Below the pieces are notes generated by a model. That model saw only the letters and a list, made by a program, of their open reading frames with translations, ran no database searches and was not told where the DNA came from. A stretch of DNA of 64,000 nt from an uncultured Planctomycetaceae bacterium (GTDB taxonomy: Bacteria; Planctomycetota; Planctomycetia; Isosphaerales; Isosphaeraceae), in NCBI GenBank assembly GCA_963833985.1, contig CAWIAD010000002.1:4896001-4960000 (forward strand), read 5' to 3'. A program made the position numbers and the translations under genes. Position 1 is the stretch's first letter. The number at the start of each line of letters is the position of its first letter. Below, piece after piece: positions 33,109 through 44,592 of this stretch.

Positions 33109-34296
33109 GAACGGGCCCCAGAAAGACCTCTACGCTCATCCCCGCGAGGACCTGGTCCCAATCGTGGTGGCGACAATTCGCCCCGCCGATCCTCTCCGGA
33201 CCGTCGACCGATCACGTTCGGAATCGGCACGGCGCGATTCTGGGGATCCGTCGATTAATATCCGCGACCGTGACCTCTCCCACAAGGGTCCGGTACGCGC
33301 GGCCCCAGGCTGGAAACCGTGGTGTGAATCCGGGACGACCACCGCTTGCGGGGAGGTGCGTTCGGCAGTCGGCTGAAAATGCGATGTTTCGACGATTCAA
33401 GGCTCCTCGACCCGGAGATCGTAACCAGAAGGTAAAAAACATAAGATCTCGACGGATCTAGAAAATGTAGTGATGCCGATTGCTTTGGCACAGGGACCGA
33501 TGTCAAGAAGCAGACAGTCAAGTATGGCCTGCTTGCGGTTTGCCGGATCGATGTGCTGAGCCGTCGTCGGCATCGGGGAACCTGATCTTCGCTTATCATC
33601 TATCATCGCTTTCCACGCGCTGGACAGGTCGATAAACGAATTTACAGTTCTTCCGGTGAATGGTGACGTTCACCACCGAGCGCCGGGTCGAGAAAATGGG
33701 GAGGTAGTTCGGGGTCGCCGTCCGCTCGCCGCACGCAAGGCTGGGGCACGCTTTTGTGACCGGAGGCGTTGAGACGATCCGAAAACACGAGCGGGACCGA
33801 CGCCGTCGCCGTTCCGGGCGCAAGGCCAGCGGGAGCCAGATCCGGGGAACGCTTTTTTGTCGGTCAGAGCCTTGGCTCTCGATTGCGGCGAATGCTAAAC
33901 TGCGCGTGGGGGAATCCTCATCCGAGCCGCCCGACGGCCGAACCCGGGGAATCTGGCCTCCCGCCGAGCCTGCTTGCCTTGCCAGGGTTCCTCGACCCCA
34001 CCGCTTTGTCCCGCCAGCGATTCGCGTCTCCAGGGCCGTCCTGCGCGAATCCTCCAGGCCCGAGGCCGGCCGCCCTGAGCCACGAGAGGAAGATCCGAAA
34101 ACCATCAACGGGAGCCTGTGCGATGCCGGCTGCCTCTCGAGCACCCATTCGCCGCCGTGACCGACGTCGCGCGTTCCGCCGGCTGTTGCTGGTGCTCGCG
34201 ACCGCTGCCGCGCCTGGCGGCCCGCGACCTTCTGAACTCCGTGCCGGCGACTCGGTCCGCATCGAGCTCCAGCGACACGGTATGGGAGGCTCCAGC

Positions 34297-34972
34297 ATGT
34301 GGGAATCTCAGGCCAAGTCGTTACTCGTGGATTATTACGAAGCGTTCCTGCGACAGCGCGATCTCGATCTCTTTGCGCAGCAGGTCATGGGGCGCTGCTC
34401 CGAAGGGACGCTGGGACGGATCCTGATGTCTTCCGGCAGCGTCCCAGCACGCCGCGCGGCCGTGCTGGCCCTGGGTGTGCTGGGCAGCTTCGAGCACAGC
34501 AACGCGGTCGTGGGCCGGGCACTCCGCGACAACGACCCGGTCGTGCGTACGATGGCGGAAAGCGCACTCTGGGCCATCTGGTTCCGCGCGGATTCACCGG
34601 AGAATAACCAGAAGCTCGAAGAGATCCGTCTGCTGATCGGCCATGATCGCACCGACGCGGCCATCAAGGCATGCACGCAACTGATCGTGCGCGCACCGGG
34701 CTATGCCGAGGCCTACAACCAGCGGGCCATCGCGCTGTTCGTGCAGGGACGCTTCGCCGAGAGTGCTCAGGATTGCCAGCGCAGTGCTCAGGCTGAACCC
34801 GTTTCACATGGGTGCCATGTCGGGGCTGGCGCGGTGCCAGATCCAGCTCAATGAACCCCGCGAAGCGCTTCAAACGCTGCACCAGGCGGCGAAGCTTCAG
34901 CCGCACAACCGGGCGATCCGCGAGCATATCGAGATTCTGGAGGCCCAGATCGAATCAGAGGAGTCGCGGTAA
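34297..34972 (+). CDS. HEAT-repeat/TPR protein (1-bp frameshift near 34783)
   Basis: ATG follows GGAGG; RRAAVLALG...DPVVR HEAT repeat, AEAYNQRA TPR; continues VLRLNPFH in ORF 34703-34972. Confidence 0.8.
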
Positions 34973-34979
34973 GCGAGGC

Positions 34980-36365
34980 TCAGGAGGGGTCCGCCAGGCC
35001 GCGGATGGAGGGTCGCCGGAGCGATGGCCGGTGCGGGCCCGCGAACGCGGCGACCACCTCGGGGAGCGCCCCGAGATGGAGGTGAATCAGGCTGCCCACG
35101 GCATGATGGTGATAGTAAAGATCTCCATGGGCGGTGAGTGAGCCGAAGCACGCCGGACACTCCAAACGCTCAAGGCTGGCATGGAGGCGCCAGCGGCAAC
35201 TCCGGTATCCGCGTACGACGGTGCCTTTCTCTCCCAGCCAGCAGTCGTGCAGCAGGGTCCGGGTCACCGGCCTGGGCGGTTCGGCTCGGGCCAGCAGCTC
35301 GGCACTGAATGGCAGGATGCCCACTCCCGGAAAGGAGTGGCCGCCGATGATCAAGGACCGGCCCAGGTAGGCTGTGCCTCCGCCCTCGGAGTAGATGCGC
35401 CGGCCGCGGCACACGTGCTGACGCAGGGCGGCCATCATGCTCACGTTCGCGGCCAGCTTCTCGGCGTGAAGGTCGGGCGTGCCGCAGCCGATCATGACCA
35501 GGTCGACTCCCTCGGGCAGTGCTTCGTCGCGCAGCGGAGAGAACTCCACGAGCTCCGCGCCCAGCGCCTCGAGCGCCTCGAGCGTGTCCGGAAAGTAACG
35601 GCCGAACGCCTCGTCCTGGGCGTAAGCCACGCGGAAGCAGCGGCAGCAATCCATCAAGCCGCAGGCACAGGAGGGAGAACTGGATGCCGGGAACGGCCGG
35701 CTGCGGGCCAGGTCAGCCAGCGCCTCGAGCTTGCAGTGGCGAAGGAACGATGCGGCCAGCTCATGAACCAGGCAATCGTCGATCGCCGTATCGGTTCGAT
35801 CATGCTCGATCGCCCGGCGCACCACTGGCATGGCCTCGAGCGCTCCCAGAACCGGCACCGAGTAGGCAAGCTGGATGGACCGAGTCAGCCGCGGCAAATC
35901 GGCCGGATCAGCAAGCCGATCCAGGAGTACGCCGTCGGTGCCCCGGGGCAATCGAGGCAAGTGCATGATCCTGCCCGGCCCGTCCTCGAGGGAGACCACG
36001 GCGAGCATGGGCAGATCGAGCGACTGTGCCACCATGCTCAGGTCGCCCGGCAGATCGCTCTGGGTGCAGGACTGGAGTTGCAGGGGAGGCTCGAGCGTCC
36101 CCTCCACGATTGCCATCTCGGCGTTGCGTGTGCCGCGCAGGAAGAGTGCCCGGCAGAGGTCCTCGGGCATCAACCAGGAATCCAGATGGCGGCCCGGCAG
36201 CCCCGTGACACGGCCCACCAGCTCGGTGGCCGTGGGGCAGGCGCGGGTGCGGAAGTGCTGCACGCGCACCCGCTTCTCCGTGAGACCGGCCAGCAAGGCG
36301 AGAGCCATGATGGAAGGCTCTGGACCTTTGGCGGCAGTCGTAAGTGCGAGACGAGGAACTTCCAT
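34980..36365 (-). CDS. Cobyrinate a,c-diamide synthase (CobB/CbiA)-like protein with degenerate catalytic motifs
   Basis: VPRLAL N-terminus, HLDSWLM, AIVEG, VAYAQDEAF...FSPLRDEALP, HLH; lacks GKT and AECGG. Confidence 0.75.
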   Translation of the reverse strand: MEVPRLALTTAAKGPEPSIMALALLAGLTEKRVRVQHFRTRACPTATELVGRVTGLPGRHLDSWLMPEDLCRALFLRGTRNAEMAIVEGTLEPPLQLQSCTQSDLPGDLSMVAQSLDLPMLAVVSLEDGPGRIMHLPRLPRGTDGVLLDRLADPADLPRLTRSIQLAYSVPVLGALEAMPVVRRAIEHDRTDTAIDDCLVHELAASFLRHCKLEALADLARSRPFPASSSPSCACGLMDCCRCFRVAYAQDEAFGRYFPDTLEALEALGAELVEFSPLRDEALPEGVDLVMIGCGTPDLHAEKLAANVSMMAALRQHVCRGRRIYSEGGGTAYLGRSLIIGGHSFPGVGILPFSAELLARAEPPRPVTRTLLHDCWLGEKGTVVRGYRSCRWRLHASLERLECPACFGSLTAHGDLYYHHHAVGSLIHLHLGALPEVVAAFAGPHRPSLRRPSIRGLADPS

Positions 36366-37028
36366 CAGCGACGTTCCGGAAGACGCAAGTTCAAGTCATC
36401 ATCGTCCAGACAGGCGACGGCGGAGCTCAGTGCCCCGCGGGAACGAAACAATCTGCTGCCCGGCCTCGGCGTCTCTTACGACGATGCCGGTTGACCAGAA
36501 CTGCCCGTAAGTCCCGGCCTATTCGTGGGGTTCCACCCTGCTTCACAGCCTAATCAGGAACAATGGCGAACTTTGACGGCGAGGGTGAAGCCCAGACGCT
36601 CCTGGCGTGGGGTGCCCCCTCACGACTCCGTGTCTGCGCAAGACGCAACGGCAAGGGGATATTGCAAGCAATCATGGCCCCGTCATATGCCGTCGTGCTG
36701 CGAGGAAGGATCCGCTACACACTCACACTGTATCGAAACAGTGAAGGCAGCCATATTCTCTGGCGTATCAAATACTAGCGCTACCCGGGGAGAGGTCAAG
36801 GCTGAACCGAAGTGCATAAGGGGAAAACCCATGCGAAACGGTGGCGGCCGAAGATTCAATTGCGAAGCCTCATGTCTCGCTTTTTCCGGTGCGGCCTTTC
36901 GCCTTGCTGCCGGCGGTCCGGCGCGTATGGTACTGCCTCGCTGACCACAGGACCAGCTTTTTGAAGCCCGCGCCGGGCTTGGGGGGCAAGGATTGCAGGA
37001 AGCAAGCGGGGCGATCCCGGGGCCAGGG

Positions 37029-38117
37029 ATGGCGGAAGTTGTGCAAGGAAATGTGGCTCGTCCTCGAGCGACGATCTGCGAGCGCGGACGAAGGTTCCGG
37101 ACGATCGCGGCATGCGTGACGGCGGCCTGGGCGCTGGTCTGCGGACCGCATCCCTGCGCGGGGGCTGGTGAGCCCGTACCGGGGCAGGCCACCGTTCCGG
37201 CCGGCGAAGCCTCCGGCGCCCGCGCGAGGAGCCATGCCGAGGGTGCACTCGATCAGTACCGCACCAGGCGGCGGGCGGACCTGCTTGAGCTCGAGTCGCG
37301 CGTCGTCAAGCACGAGCAGGCCCTCACCGTGGCGGTTCCTCCCGTGCTCGAAGAGCAGCGCGTTCTGGCCGACCGGGCCGAAAGCGACTTCGCACAGGTC
37401 AAGCAACTGCTCGACGACGGCGATGTCAGCCGTCTGGATGCACTCCGGCTGAACAACGACTTCCGCCGCATCGGCCCGGAACGCGACCGGATCCTGCGCA
37501 CCGAGCTGGCGGCCATCGAATCCCAGTTACAGTATTATGAGAATTTGTTAACCAGCGTTGAGCTCGAGCTCATCGAGGACTCGCTGGCCGACCAGGCGGA
37601 ACACGACTCTGTTCTGGAGCGGCTGGTGCCAGAGCTGCACAGCCAGGCCCGGCAAGATTTTGCGGAGCTGGATCGCGCGCACAAGCAATTGCTGGTGCGG
37701 CGAAAGACGGTGTTGCTGAAGCTGGTGTCTCTGGTCTCCGAGACCCTCCGTCAGGTGACGCGCCGGCTGGACGTCCTTGAGCAAGAGTATGCTTTTATTC
37801 GCACGCATATCTTCTGGGTTCGCGACCAGGAGCCGCTCGGCCGGGAGACGCTCCAGCAACTGGGCCGCGAGCTGAAGCGGCTGGCAAAGGGAATGATCGC
37901 GCTGGCCGAAGCCTTCGGCGACCGCACGTCGTGGTCGGTACCTTCCAGCGAGTTCCTCTCGGCGGCGGTCGCCGCGCTGGTCCTGCCGCTGGGCTTGTTC
38001 CGGTTGCGGAGGCTGCTGCGGCGAAGGATCACCCGGCGCATGCCGCCGAGCCATTTGCACGGGCCGCCGGCCCGGCCGGTGCGGATCGACATGAACCCGG
38101 CGATCACGCGGACATGA
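37029..38117 (+). CDS. Coiled-coil periplasmic protein resembling the N-terminal part of MscK-type channels
   Basis: Signal-like segment, long heptad region, HIFWVRD motif, C-terminal TM; start uncertain. Confidence 0.6.
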   Translation: MAEVVQGNVARPRATICERGRRFRTIAACVTAAWALVCGPHPCAGAGEPVPGQATVPAGEASGARARSHAEGALDQYRTRRRADLLELESRVVKHEQALTVAVPPVLEEQRVLADRAESDFAQVKQLLDDGDVSRLDALRLNNDFRRIGPERDRILRTELAAIESQLQYYENLLTSVELELIEDSLADQAEHDSVLERLVPELHSQARQDFAELDRAHKQLLVRRKTVLLKLVSLVSETLRQVTRRLDVLEQEYAFIRTHIFWVRDQEPLGRETLQQLGRELKRLAKGMIALAEAFGDRTSWSVPSSEFLSAAVAALVLPLGLFRLRRLLRRRITRRMPPSHLHGPPARPVRIDMNPAITRT

Positions 38118-38202
38118 CCGGTTGCCCGCGGTCCGGAGCCGACCGGCGCGGCCCGGCACCGAGCCATCGCGGCCGGACGCACGCCACACGAGAGGCAAGG
38201 AC

Positions 38203-40176
38203 GTGAAACGAGCGATCCGATCGTTGCTCCTGGGGCTGGCATGGGCCTCGCTCTGGCCGGCGTACCTCGTGCTGCTGGGACAGCTGGCGCAGCGGGCCCC
38301 CCTGCCCAGGAACCTGTGCATCCTGGGGTCCACGGTGTTGCACGGACTGGCGCTGGGAGCTTTCCTTCCGGCCGTGCTGGCCTGGATGACCCGGCGGGAC
38401 GGCTGGTCCGAGCGGTTCCTGGGAATTCCCGAGGCCGTGGGGCGGCAAGTTTGCCGCACCGGACGATTCCTGGCGGTCATGGCCGTGATCTTCCTGGTGC
38501 CGGTCCACGTGCTGGCCAGTGGTGAATTCGCACCCGGGGGCCGGCCGATCAAGGCCGTCGCCCTCCAGCGTGTGCTCGTCCTGGGGTTCGAGCTCGCGGT
38601 CTGGGGCGCCCTGGTGACGCTGGTGCGCCGGAGATCGCCCCTCTTGCAATGGTGCGACCTGAGTGAGCGGGGCGTTCCTGGGGAAGACGGCTTACCGGCA
38701 CACACCTCGGGCTCGGGCTCGGGCTCGGGCTCGTTCGACGCGAAGCGTTCCTCCGCCTGGCCGGAGCGGATCAGCCGCCACCGGCGCCTGGTGGGCTGGG
38801 CGCTCGTGCTCCTCGCCGCCGGCGTCATCGTCCTGGATGTCCGCGGCTACAGCTTTACGGCCCGGCGGCTGGCGGCAGGCAGCGCGGCAACTTTGGGGCT
38901 CTTTCTCGCCTGCTGGGCTGCGCACCGCGGGTCCTGCCGCCTGATTGCCCGCAGCGCGCACCGCTGGGGAGTCGCACAGCGGTCCGCCTCGCTCGTCCTG
39001 GTCAGCGCGGTGGCGCTGCGTGGCAAGCCCCGCACCGTCACGCCCGGCGCCTCCGGTGAGGGCGCGAGGGCTGACCTCGGCAGCCGGGAGGACCTGGCGG
39101 CCCGGCTCAGCCAGCTCGTCTTCTACGTGCTGATCATTCTGGCGGCGCTGGGCGTCGCCTGGATCTGGGAGCTTGACCTGACGCTGGTCCGTTTCCTGGC
39201 CGGCCAGACGCTGTGGAGCTTCTCCGACAGCCCGGTCACTCTTGGCAACCTGACCACCGCGCTCGCGGCCATTGTGCTGGGCAGCCTGGCCTGGCGGTAC
39301 ATGGGCGCGGTCTTCACGCTGACCCTCTTCCCGCGCATGGCCGATGATCCGGGAGTGCGGTTCGCTGTGGTGATGCTCTGCCGTTACGCCGTGCTGGGCA
39401 TGACGGCTGTGATCGCGCTTGGCGCCATTCATATCAGTTCGGCGCAGATTGGCATGGTCGTGGCCGCTCTGGGCGTGGGTCTGGGTTTCGGTCTTCAGGA
39501 GATCGTGTCGAACTTCGTCTGCGGAATCATCATGCTCCTGGAACGGCCGGTGCGGATCGGCGACATCGTCACGGTGGCCGGCACGACGGGGAAGGTGGAT
39601 CGCATCCACATCCGCGCCACCACGATCATCAACGGCGATAACCAGAGTATGATCGTCCCGAACCGGGAGTTCATCACCGGCAACCTGGTGAACTGGACGC
39701 ACAAGGACCGTATCCTGCGCGTGACGATCCGGGTCGGCGTTGCCTACGGTTCGGATCCGCAGCAGGTGGTCGATCTCTTGCTGGGCATCGCGGCCGGCGA
39801 TCCTGACGTGCTCCAGAATCCGCCGGCCTCGGCGCTGCTCGAGGAACTGGGCGATTCCGCTCTCAAGTTCGCGCTGTACACGTACGTTGCGGATCCCGCG
39901 CTGGTTGGCGCGGTGAGGCACCGGATCTCCGCAGGAATTCCGCGCGTGCTGGCCGGCGCGAGCATCGGCATACCCTACCCGATTCAGGAGTTGCACATCG
40001 GCCGCCTCGCCGACGACCTGATGCAGGCGATCACGCGGCCGGGGCACCTGGGGCGGGATGCCGGCCTGCGCCTGGACGCGGCTTCAGCGGCGACGGCCAT
40101 GCCGCATGCACAGGAGCGCAGGGGCCCGGGCAGGCCAGTGGAACCCGCGGATCGCTCGGCGACGGGCGCCCGCTGA
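38203..40176 (+). CDS. MscS family mechanosensitive channel
   Basis: ALGVGLGFGLQEIVSNF, ERPVRIGD, IVPN, VGVAYGSD motifs; multiple TMs. Confidence 0.92.
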   Translation: MKRAIRSLLLGLAWASLWPAYLVLLGQLAQRAPLPRNLCILGSTVLHGLALGAFLPAVLAWMTRRDGWSERFLGIPEAVGRQVCRTGRFLAVMAVIFLVPVHVLASGEFAPGGRPIKAVALQRVLVLGFELAVWGALVTLVRRRSPLLQWCDLSERGVPGEDGLPAHTSGSGSGSGSFDAKRSSAWPERISRHRRLVGWALVLLAAGVIVLDVRGYSFTARRLAAGSAATLGLFLACWAAHRGSCRLIARSAHRWGVAQRSASLVLVSAVALRGKPRTVTPGASGEGARADLGSREDLAARLSQLVFYVLIILAALGVAWIWELDLTLVRFLAGQTLWSFSDSPVTLGNLTTALAAIVLGSLAWRYMGAVFTLTLFPRMADDPGVRFAVVMLCRYAVLGMTAVIALGAIHISSAQIGMVVAALGVGLGFGLQEIVSNFVCGIIMLLERPVRIGDIVTVAGTTGKVDRIHIRATTIINGDNQSMIVPNREFITGNLVNWTHKDRILRVTIRVGVAYGSDPQQVVDLLLGIAAGDPDVLQNPPASALLEELGDSALKFALYTYVADPALVGAVRHRISAGIPRVLAGASIGIPYPIQELHIGRLADDLMQAITRPGHLGRDAGLRLDAASAATAMPHAQERRGPGRPVEPADRSATGAR

Positions 40177-40191
40177 GGATGGCAGGAACGG

Positions 40192-41931
40192 TCAAGGCCG
40201 TCCCGCCGGGGCAGGCGGTCCAGCAGGATCACGGGCGGGGACGCGATCGGAGGGCGATGCCGCTTCTCCGTTGCCTGCGTAGAAGAGCTCGCAGAACTTG
40301 CCGAGCAAGCGGCCGGCTTCCGCAGTGGCGTCCGCAGACGTATGGCCCGGCCGTGGCGAGTCGAGCACCACATTGTTCACGAACAGGGCGAGTATCAGCG
40401 GGCGGCCCGAGGCCGTTTCCAGGTATCCGGCCAGGGCCTTGCTGGTCAGAACCATCTTGCCGCTCAGCTCGTTTTGCACCCAGTAGGTTCCGGTCTTGGC
40501 GTGGGCGTGCCCGCGCGCCGGGCTCTCCGGGCCGACAGCGTGAGCCAGCGTTCCGTCACGACCAAGGACCGGCAATGCGGCTTCGTAAGCAGGAAAATCC
40601 GGACGCCTCGCCATGGCCCGGAGCAAAACCACCGTGGCGCGAGGAGTGACCAGGTCGGCACGCGAGCCGCCGGCTCCGCCTCCGAAAGACGCCTCCGCCG
40701 GATCGATCCCAAGGCTTTTCAAGAACTCGCCTTCTCTCCGCAGACCATCCTCGAGCGTCCGCTCGCCGTGCTTCGCGGCCAGGAGCAGAGGGAGTGTGCT
40801 GGCGTGCAGGTTATGGCTCACCTTGAGAATCACCTTGATGAATTCACGGAATGGCGGCGACGTGTACTGTGCGACCCTGGGCAGCCGGGCCACGTCTTCG
40901 CGCGGGCCCAGCCGCGCCGGGTCGTTCCGGCTCAGGAACGATGCGCCGCTGCGCACGTCATGGCGAATGAGAGCTTCGATGAAAAGGCCCCGCGCCGAGG
41001 ACGCCGGATCCTCGATCTCGTGGGTCAATACCCTCCGCGCGCTGCCGGCGGGAACCTTGCCGCGGACGCTGAAGGAGCGCGGGCCGATGGCTTCAACATG
41101 CAGATCGGGCCCCTCCCCGGCGGCGACAGTCTGCACCTGGGCGTCCATGGTGAAAGAGCGCGTGGGCGGCAGGAACGACACCGCTGCGCTCTCGCTCCGG
41201 GTTTTGCCCGGGTGGACCAGTATGTCCAGAACGTTGTCATTGACCAGGATGGGGCTGACGCGACGCGGGCCGCTTCCCGTACTTTCGGTGCTGTCGAAGA
41301 GCCGGTCGTCGACGATCACCTCGCCGGTGACGGCATTGATTCCGGCCGCATGGACCTCGCGTGCCAGGTGATCGAGTCCGGCCAGAGGATCGGCCGAGAC
41401 GATGTCGCTGCGCGGATTGCCGCCCGCGTAGGTGTGATCGTCGTCCTTGAAGAGGAGGGTGCCGTCGGGCCCGGCCCGTCCGCCCATGCCCAGATCGCCC
41501 TGGGCAATGAGAATAAGGTCACCGTGGAGGACCCCCTTCTCGTCCACCAGGCCTCGGCGCACGACCGGTGTCTCGAAGCGATAGTCGGGTCCCAGCTCGG
41601 CCAGCGCGGCTGCCACGCTGAAGAGCTTGGTGACAGAGGCCGGGGCGAAGAGCTGCTCGCTGTCCTGCTCGAAAACCTGCTCGCCGGTGCGGGCGTCGAT
41701 GACCAGGATCCCCCAGTGCCCATGCTGGTAGCCGGGAGTTTGCAGCAGATCCAGCACTCGCTGCTTGAGGGAATCCGGCCGGGCACTGGCACGCGGCGCA
41801 TCGTCACCGCGTCCCGCCGGGGCGATCAAGAGGATGAAGCTCAGGACCGCGGCCACGGACAGGAAAGGCAAGCGCGATGGACAGCCGCCGGTGCCCGAGC
41901 CCCTCGTGATCGGCAGTCGCGACGTTGGCAC
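40192..41931 (-). CDS. dacB: D-Ala-D-Ala carboxypeptidase/endopeptidase (peptidase S13, PBP4)
   Basis: SxxK (PASVTK), SxN (VSHN) and KTG motifs; start uncertain. Confidence 0.88.
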   Translation of the reverse strand: MPTSRLPITRGSGTGGCPSRLPFLSVAAVLSFILLIAPAGRGDDAPRASARPDSLKQRVLDLLQTPGYQHGHWGILVIDARTGEQVFEQDSEQLFAPASVTKLFSVAAALAELGPDYRFETPVVRRGLVDEKGVLHGDLILIAQGDLGMGGRAGPDGTLLFKDDDHTYAGGNPRSDIVSADPLAGLDHLAREVHAAGINAVTGEVIVDDRLFDSTESTGSGPRRVSPILVNDNVLDILVHPGKTRSESAAVSFLPPTRSFTMDAQVQTVAAGEGPDLHVEAIGPRSFSVRGKVPAGSARRVLTHEIEDPASSARGLFIEALIRHDVRSGASFLSRNDPARLGPREDVARLPRVAQYTSPPFREFIKVILKVSHNLHASTLPLLLAAKHGERTLEDGLRREGEFLKSLGIDPAEASFGGGAGGSRADLVTPRATVVLLRAMARRPDFPAYEAALPVLGRDGTLAHAVGPESPARGHAHAKTGTYWVQNELSGKMVLTSKALAGYLETASGRPLILALFVNNVVLDSPRPGHTSADATAEAGRLLGKFCELFYAGNGEAASPSDRVPARDPAGPPAPAGRP

Positions 41932-42375
41932 GGCTGGCCCCCCATGGTTGGGACGGTCGACCAGAGACACGAAAGCAGTATATCGCAAGGGCCTGCGAAG
42001 GGAACGTGTCGAGATTGCGGCATTGGGTGCGCAACCTGCACCCTCCCGGCGGAGCCGTCCGCAGCTCAAGGGCGACGGCGAAGCAAGGGGAAGCACAACG
42101 TGTCCCGGAGCAGGCCAGCGGCGCCTGTGCTTGTCCTCGTTCCCCTGGAGCTCATCGCAGTCGCGACTGAGAGGGGAGAACGTGCGAGCCGAGTGAGAGC
42201 GTCGAGGGAACGCGGGCAAAGCCCTGATCGAGACCGGTTCCTCTCCGCGGGAGGAGAGACCGGAGCAAGCGGAGATAGGAATCTTCCCCACGGTCGCGAT
42301 CGCGGAAAGGCGGGCGGTTTCGAAAGGCCCGCTCCGGGGTGCGTCAGCGCGAGCGCAAGCCCACCCCGGTTTCAC

Positions 42376-42651
42376 TCAGCGAATCAACTGCAAGCAACTC
42401 GCGGAGAGGAAGCCGTTGATCATCCGGCGGCCAATCGCGAACACGGGGCTACCGTGGCAGAGGTTTTCGCCAAGATCTTCCAGCCAGCCACCGTCCGGTA
42501 CCAGTGAGGCCTCGGCCTCGACGATAACCATGTCTCTGGGACGGCCCTTGGGGGCGATCTGGAGAACGAGGCGGGAGCTGTCATCGCTCACACCCGATGT
42601 TTCCACCCAGGAATCAATGATCGCTCCATTCACCACCATTTCCGATTCCAT
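42376..42651 (-). CDS. Small hypothetical protein, possibly OB-fold
   Basis: 91 aa after a strong GAGGAG; beta-strand-rich pattern. Confidence 0.6.
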   Translation of the reverse strand: MESEMVVNGAIIDSWVETSGVSDDSSRLVLQIAPKGRPRDMVIVEAEASLVPDGGWLEDLGENLCHGSPVFAIGRRMINGFLSASCLQLIR

Positions 42652-43369
42652 CCTCAGCTCCTCCTCTTCACTCTTTTGACCTGTGGAGATCACCGACCCT
42701 GAAGGAACCAGCAACTCGCCATGTCGCGTGCTTGTCTACATCCATCCTAGCAAAGAAAACTGGTTCGTCAAGTACGAGTTTGCATGGACGCTTCGGCGAC
42801 GCGGCAAATCACCCTGGAAATAAGAAGAGCACATGATGACGGACGGGCATTCCAGTATTCATTATTTCGGGGATGCCCGTCAGCCCGCGACAACAGCCCG
42901 TTCGTGCCAGCCGAAAAATGTAAAATTTCCAGGAAAATGTACGAATTGACCGACACCTTCAGGATCCATGGTTCACGGCGAAGCCCGTCCGCTTATTGAA
43001 AAGGGCTTCATTTTGCACTTAGGAGAGAAGTTTAGCGATCCTCCCTGCCCCACGCAAGCACTCTAGGTGCAGACTCGGCAACTTTTTCTTCATGAAACTA
43101 AGACCGTTACGGCAGGAAAGCAGGACGCCTGCCGTGTATGAATGGCTGGAGGCAACAACTGCCTAATTGAACGAAGTCCTTGCTGAGTTAATCTTGTTCG
43201 AGTGATGATCCTGGCACCGCGTGCGACTGCGATGTGAAGATTGATAGCAAGTTTGGTGCCACTTGCGACGAGCTTGTTGGCATGATGAGATCTCTGGTTC
43301 AGGCGTCGCCGATTCCGGGAAACCGCGGCGACAGGCCAGTTCCTTTGGCTTACTGGGAGCAAGCGTCCG

Positions 43370-44361
43370 ATGGGCTACCGCATTGAAGTTCAGTCGCGTG
43401 GGCAGCACCCGGTTCACTTGTTGCACAACGATGGCAACGGAGCCTCTGCCTCAGTCTTGCCTGCCTACGGGTTCAATCTGTTCGACCTCCGGCTGCCGCT
43501 GGCCGGCGTGGTTCGTCCGGTGATCGTGGCCGCAAGCGATTTCCCTGAGAACCCGCGCGCGCGGCAGGAAACGGAGTTCCCATCCTCTTTCCGTATCCCA
43601 ACCGGGTCCGTGACGGCACCTTCACGTTCCGCGGCCGCAAGTACACATTGCCCAGGAACAACGGTCCACATTCCATTCACGGCTTCGCGAGTGACGCGGC
43701 ATGGGAGGTGGTGGACCACAAGGCCGGGCCCGATTCGGCCTTCATCGTGGGGCGTTACCAGATCTCGCGATGCACTCCTCAGCGACTGGCCGACTGGCCG
43801 ACCGACGCGGTGCTCGAGGTCCGCTACGATCTTGCAGACAGTCGGGTCACGATGACGGTGACCGTCTCCAATCCGACAGCGCTGGACCTGCCATACGGTT
43901 TCGGCATCCATCCGTACTTCCGCCTGCCGTTTGCTCCCGGAGGCATGGCCGAACAGACCCAGGTGGTTCTACCGGCCTCGAAATACTGGGTGCTCGATCA
44001 TTTCCTGCCAACGGGAGAGATCCATGACGTGGACGCTCGGCTGGATTTCCGGCAGGGGCAGCCGAGAGCAGGCCTGAGGCTGGACGACGTGCTCACGGAC
44101 CTCGAATACGGCAACGACCGCGGCGTTTGCCGGCTCGTGGACCTGGCCAAGAAGGCGGAGCTGCGGCTCGAGTTCGACCGCTCGGTGCGCGAGCTGGTCG
44201 TCTACACCCCGCACGCACGCGACGATGTGATTTCGGTTGAACCTTATACCCAGGCGACAGATGCGATCAATCTGGAAGCGCGGGGCGTGGCCGCAGGGTT
44301 GCGAATTCTGGGGCATGGCGCTCATGATACTTTTGTGATCGCCATGGAAACCCATGGCTGA
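43370..44361 (+). CDS. Aldose 1-epimerase family protein (frameshift near 43558)
   Basis: GVPILFPYPNRV, IHGF, GFGIHPYF, LDD, SVEPYT across two frames. Confidence 0.85.
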
Positions 44362-44592
44362 GATGCGCGGTCGAGGCCGTCAGCTCCGCGGGCCCGCTCC
44401 CCATGCCCCGGTCCAGCTCTGGCCCGTGACCGCGGCCCGGCAGCGATGGAGGGCTCTCGCCATCCTCCTGCGGCACAACCGGCGCGCTTTCGACTGTCTA
44501 TGTGTGTCGGCGGCGCGTCGAACCGGTGACCTGCTGAACTTGAACGACGTGAGGTTTGACTCATGGAGCCCTCCAGACCAGGCCCCGAGGGG

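Noticed and set aside
33109..34296. ORFs in the gap upstream of the PKS and TPR genes
   Set aside because: No coding-like composition or motifs; likely regulatory DNA or island border. No integrase or att site identified.
38709..38732. (gggctc)x4 repeat as a phase-variation tract
   Set aside because: In-frame hexamer encoding a Gly-Ser linker.
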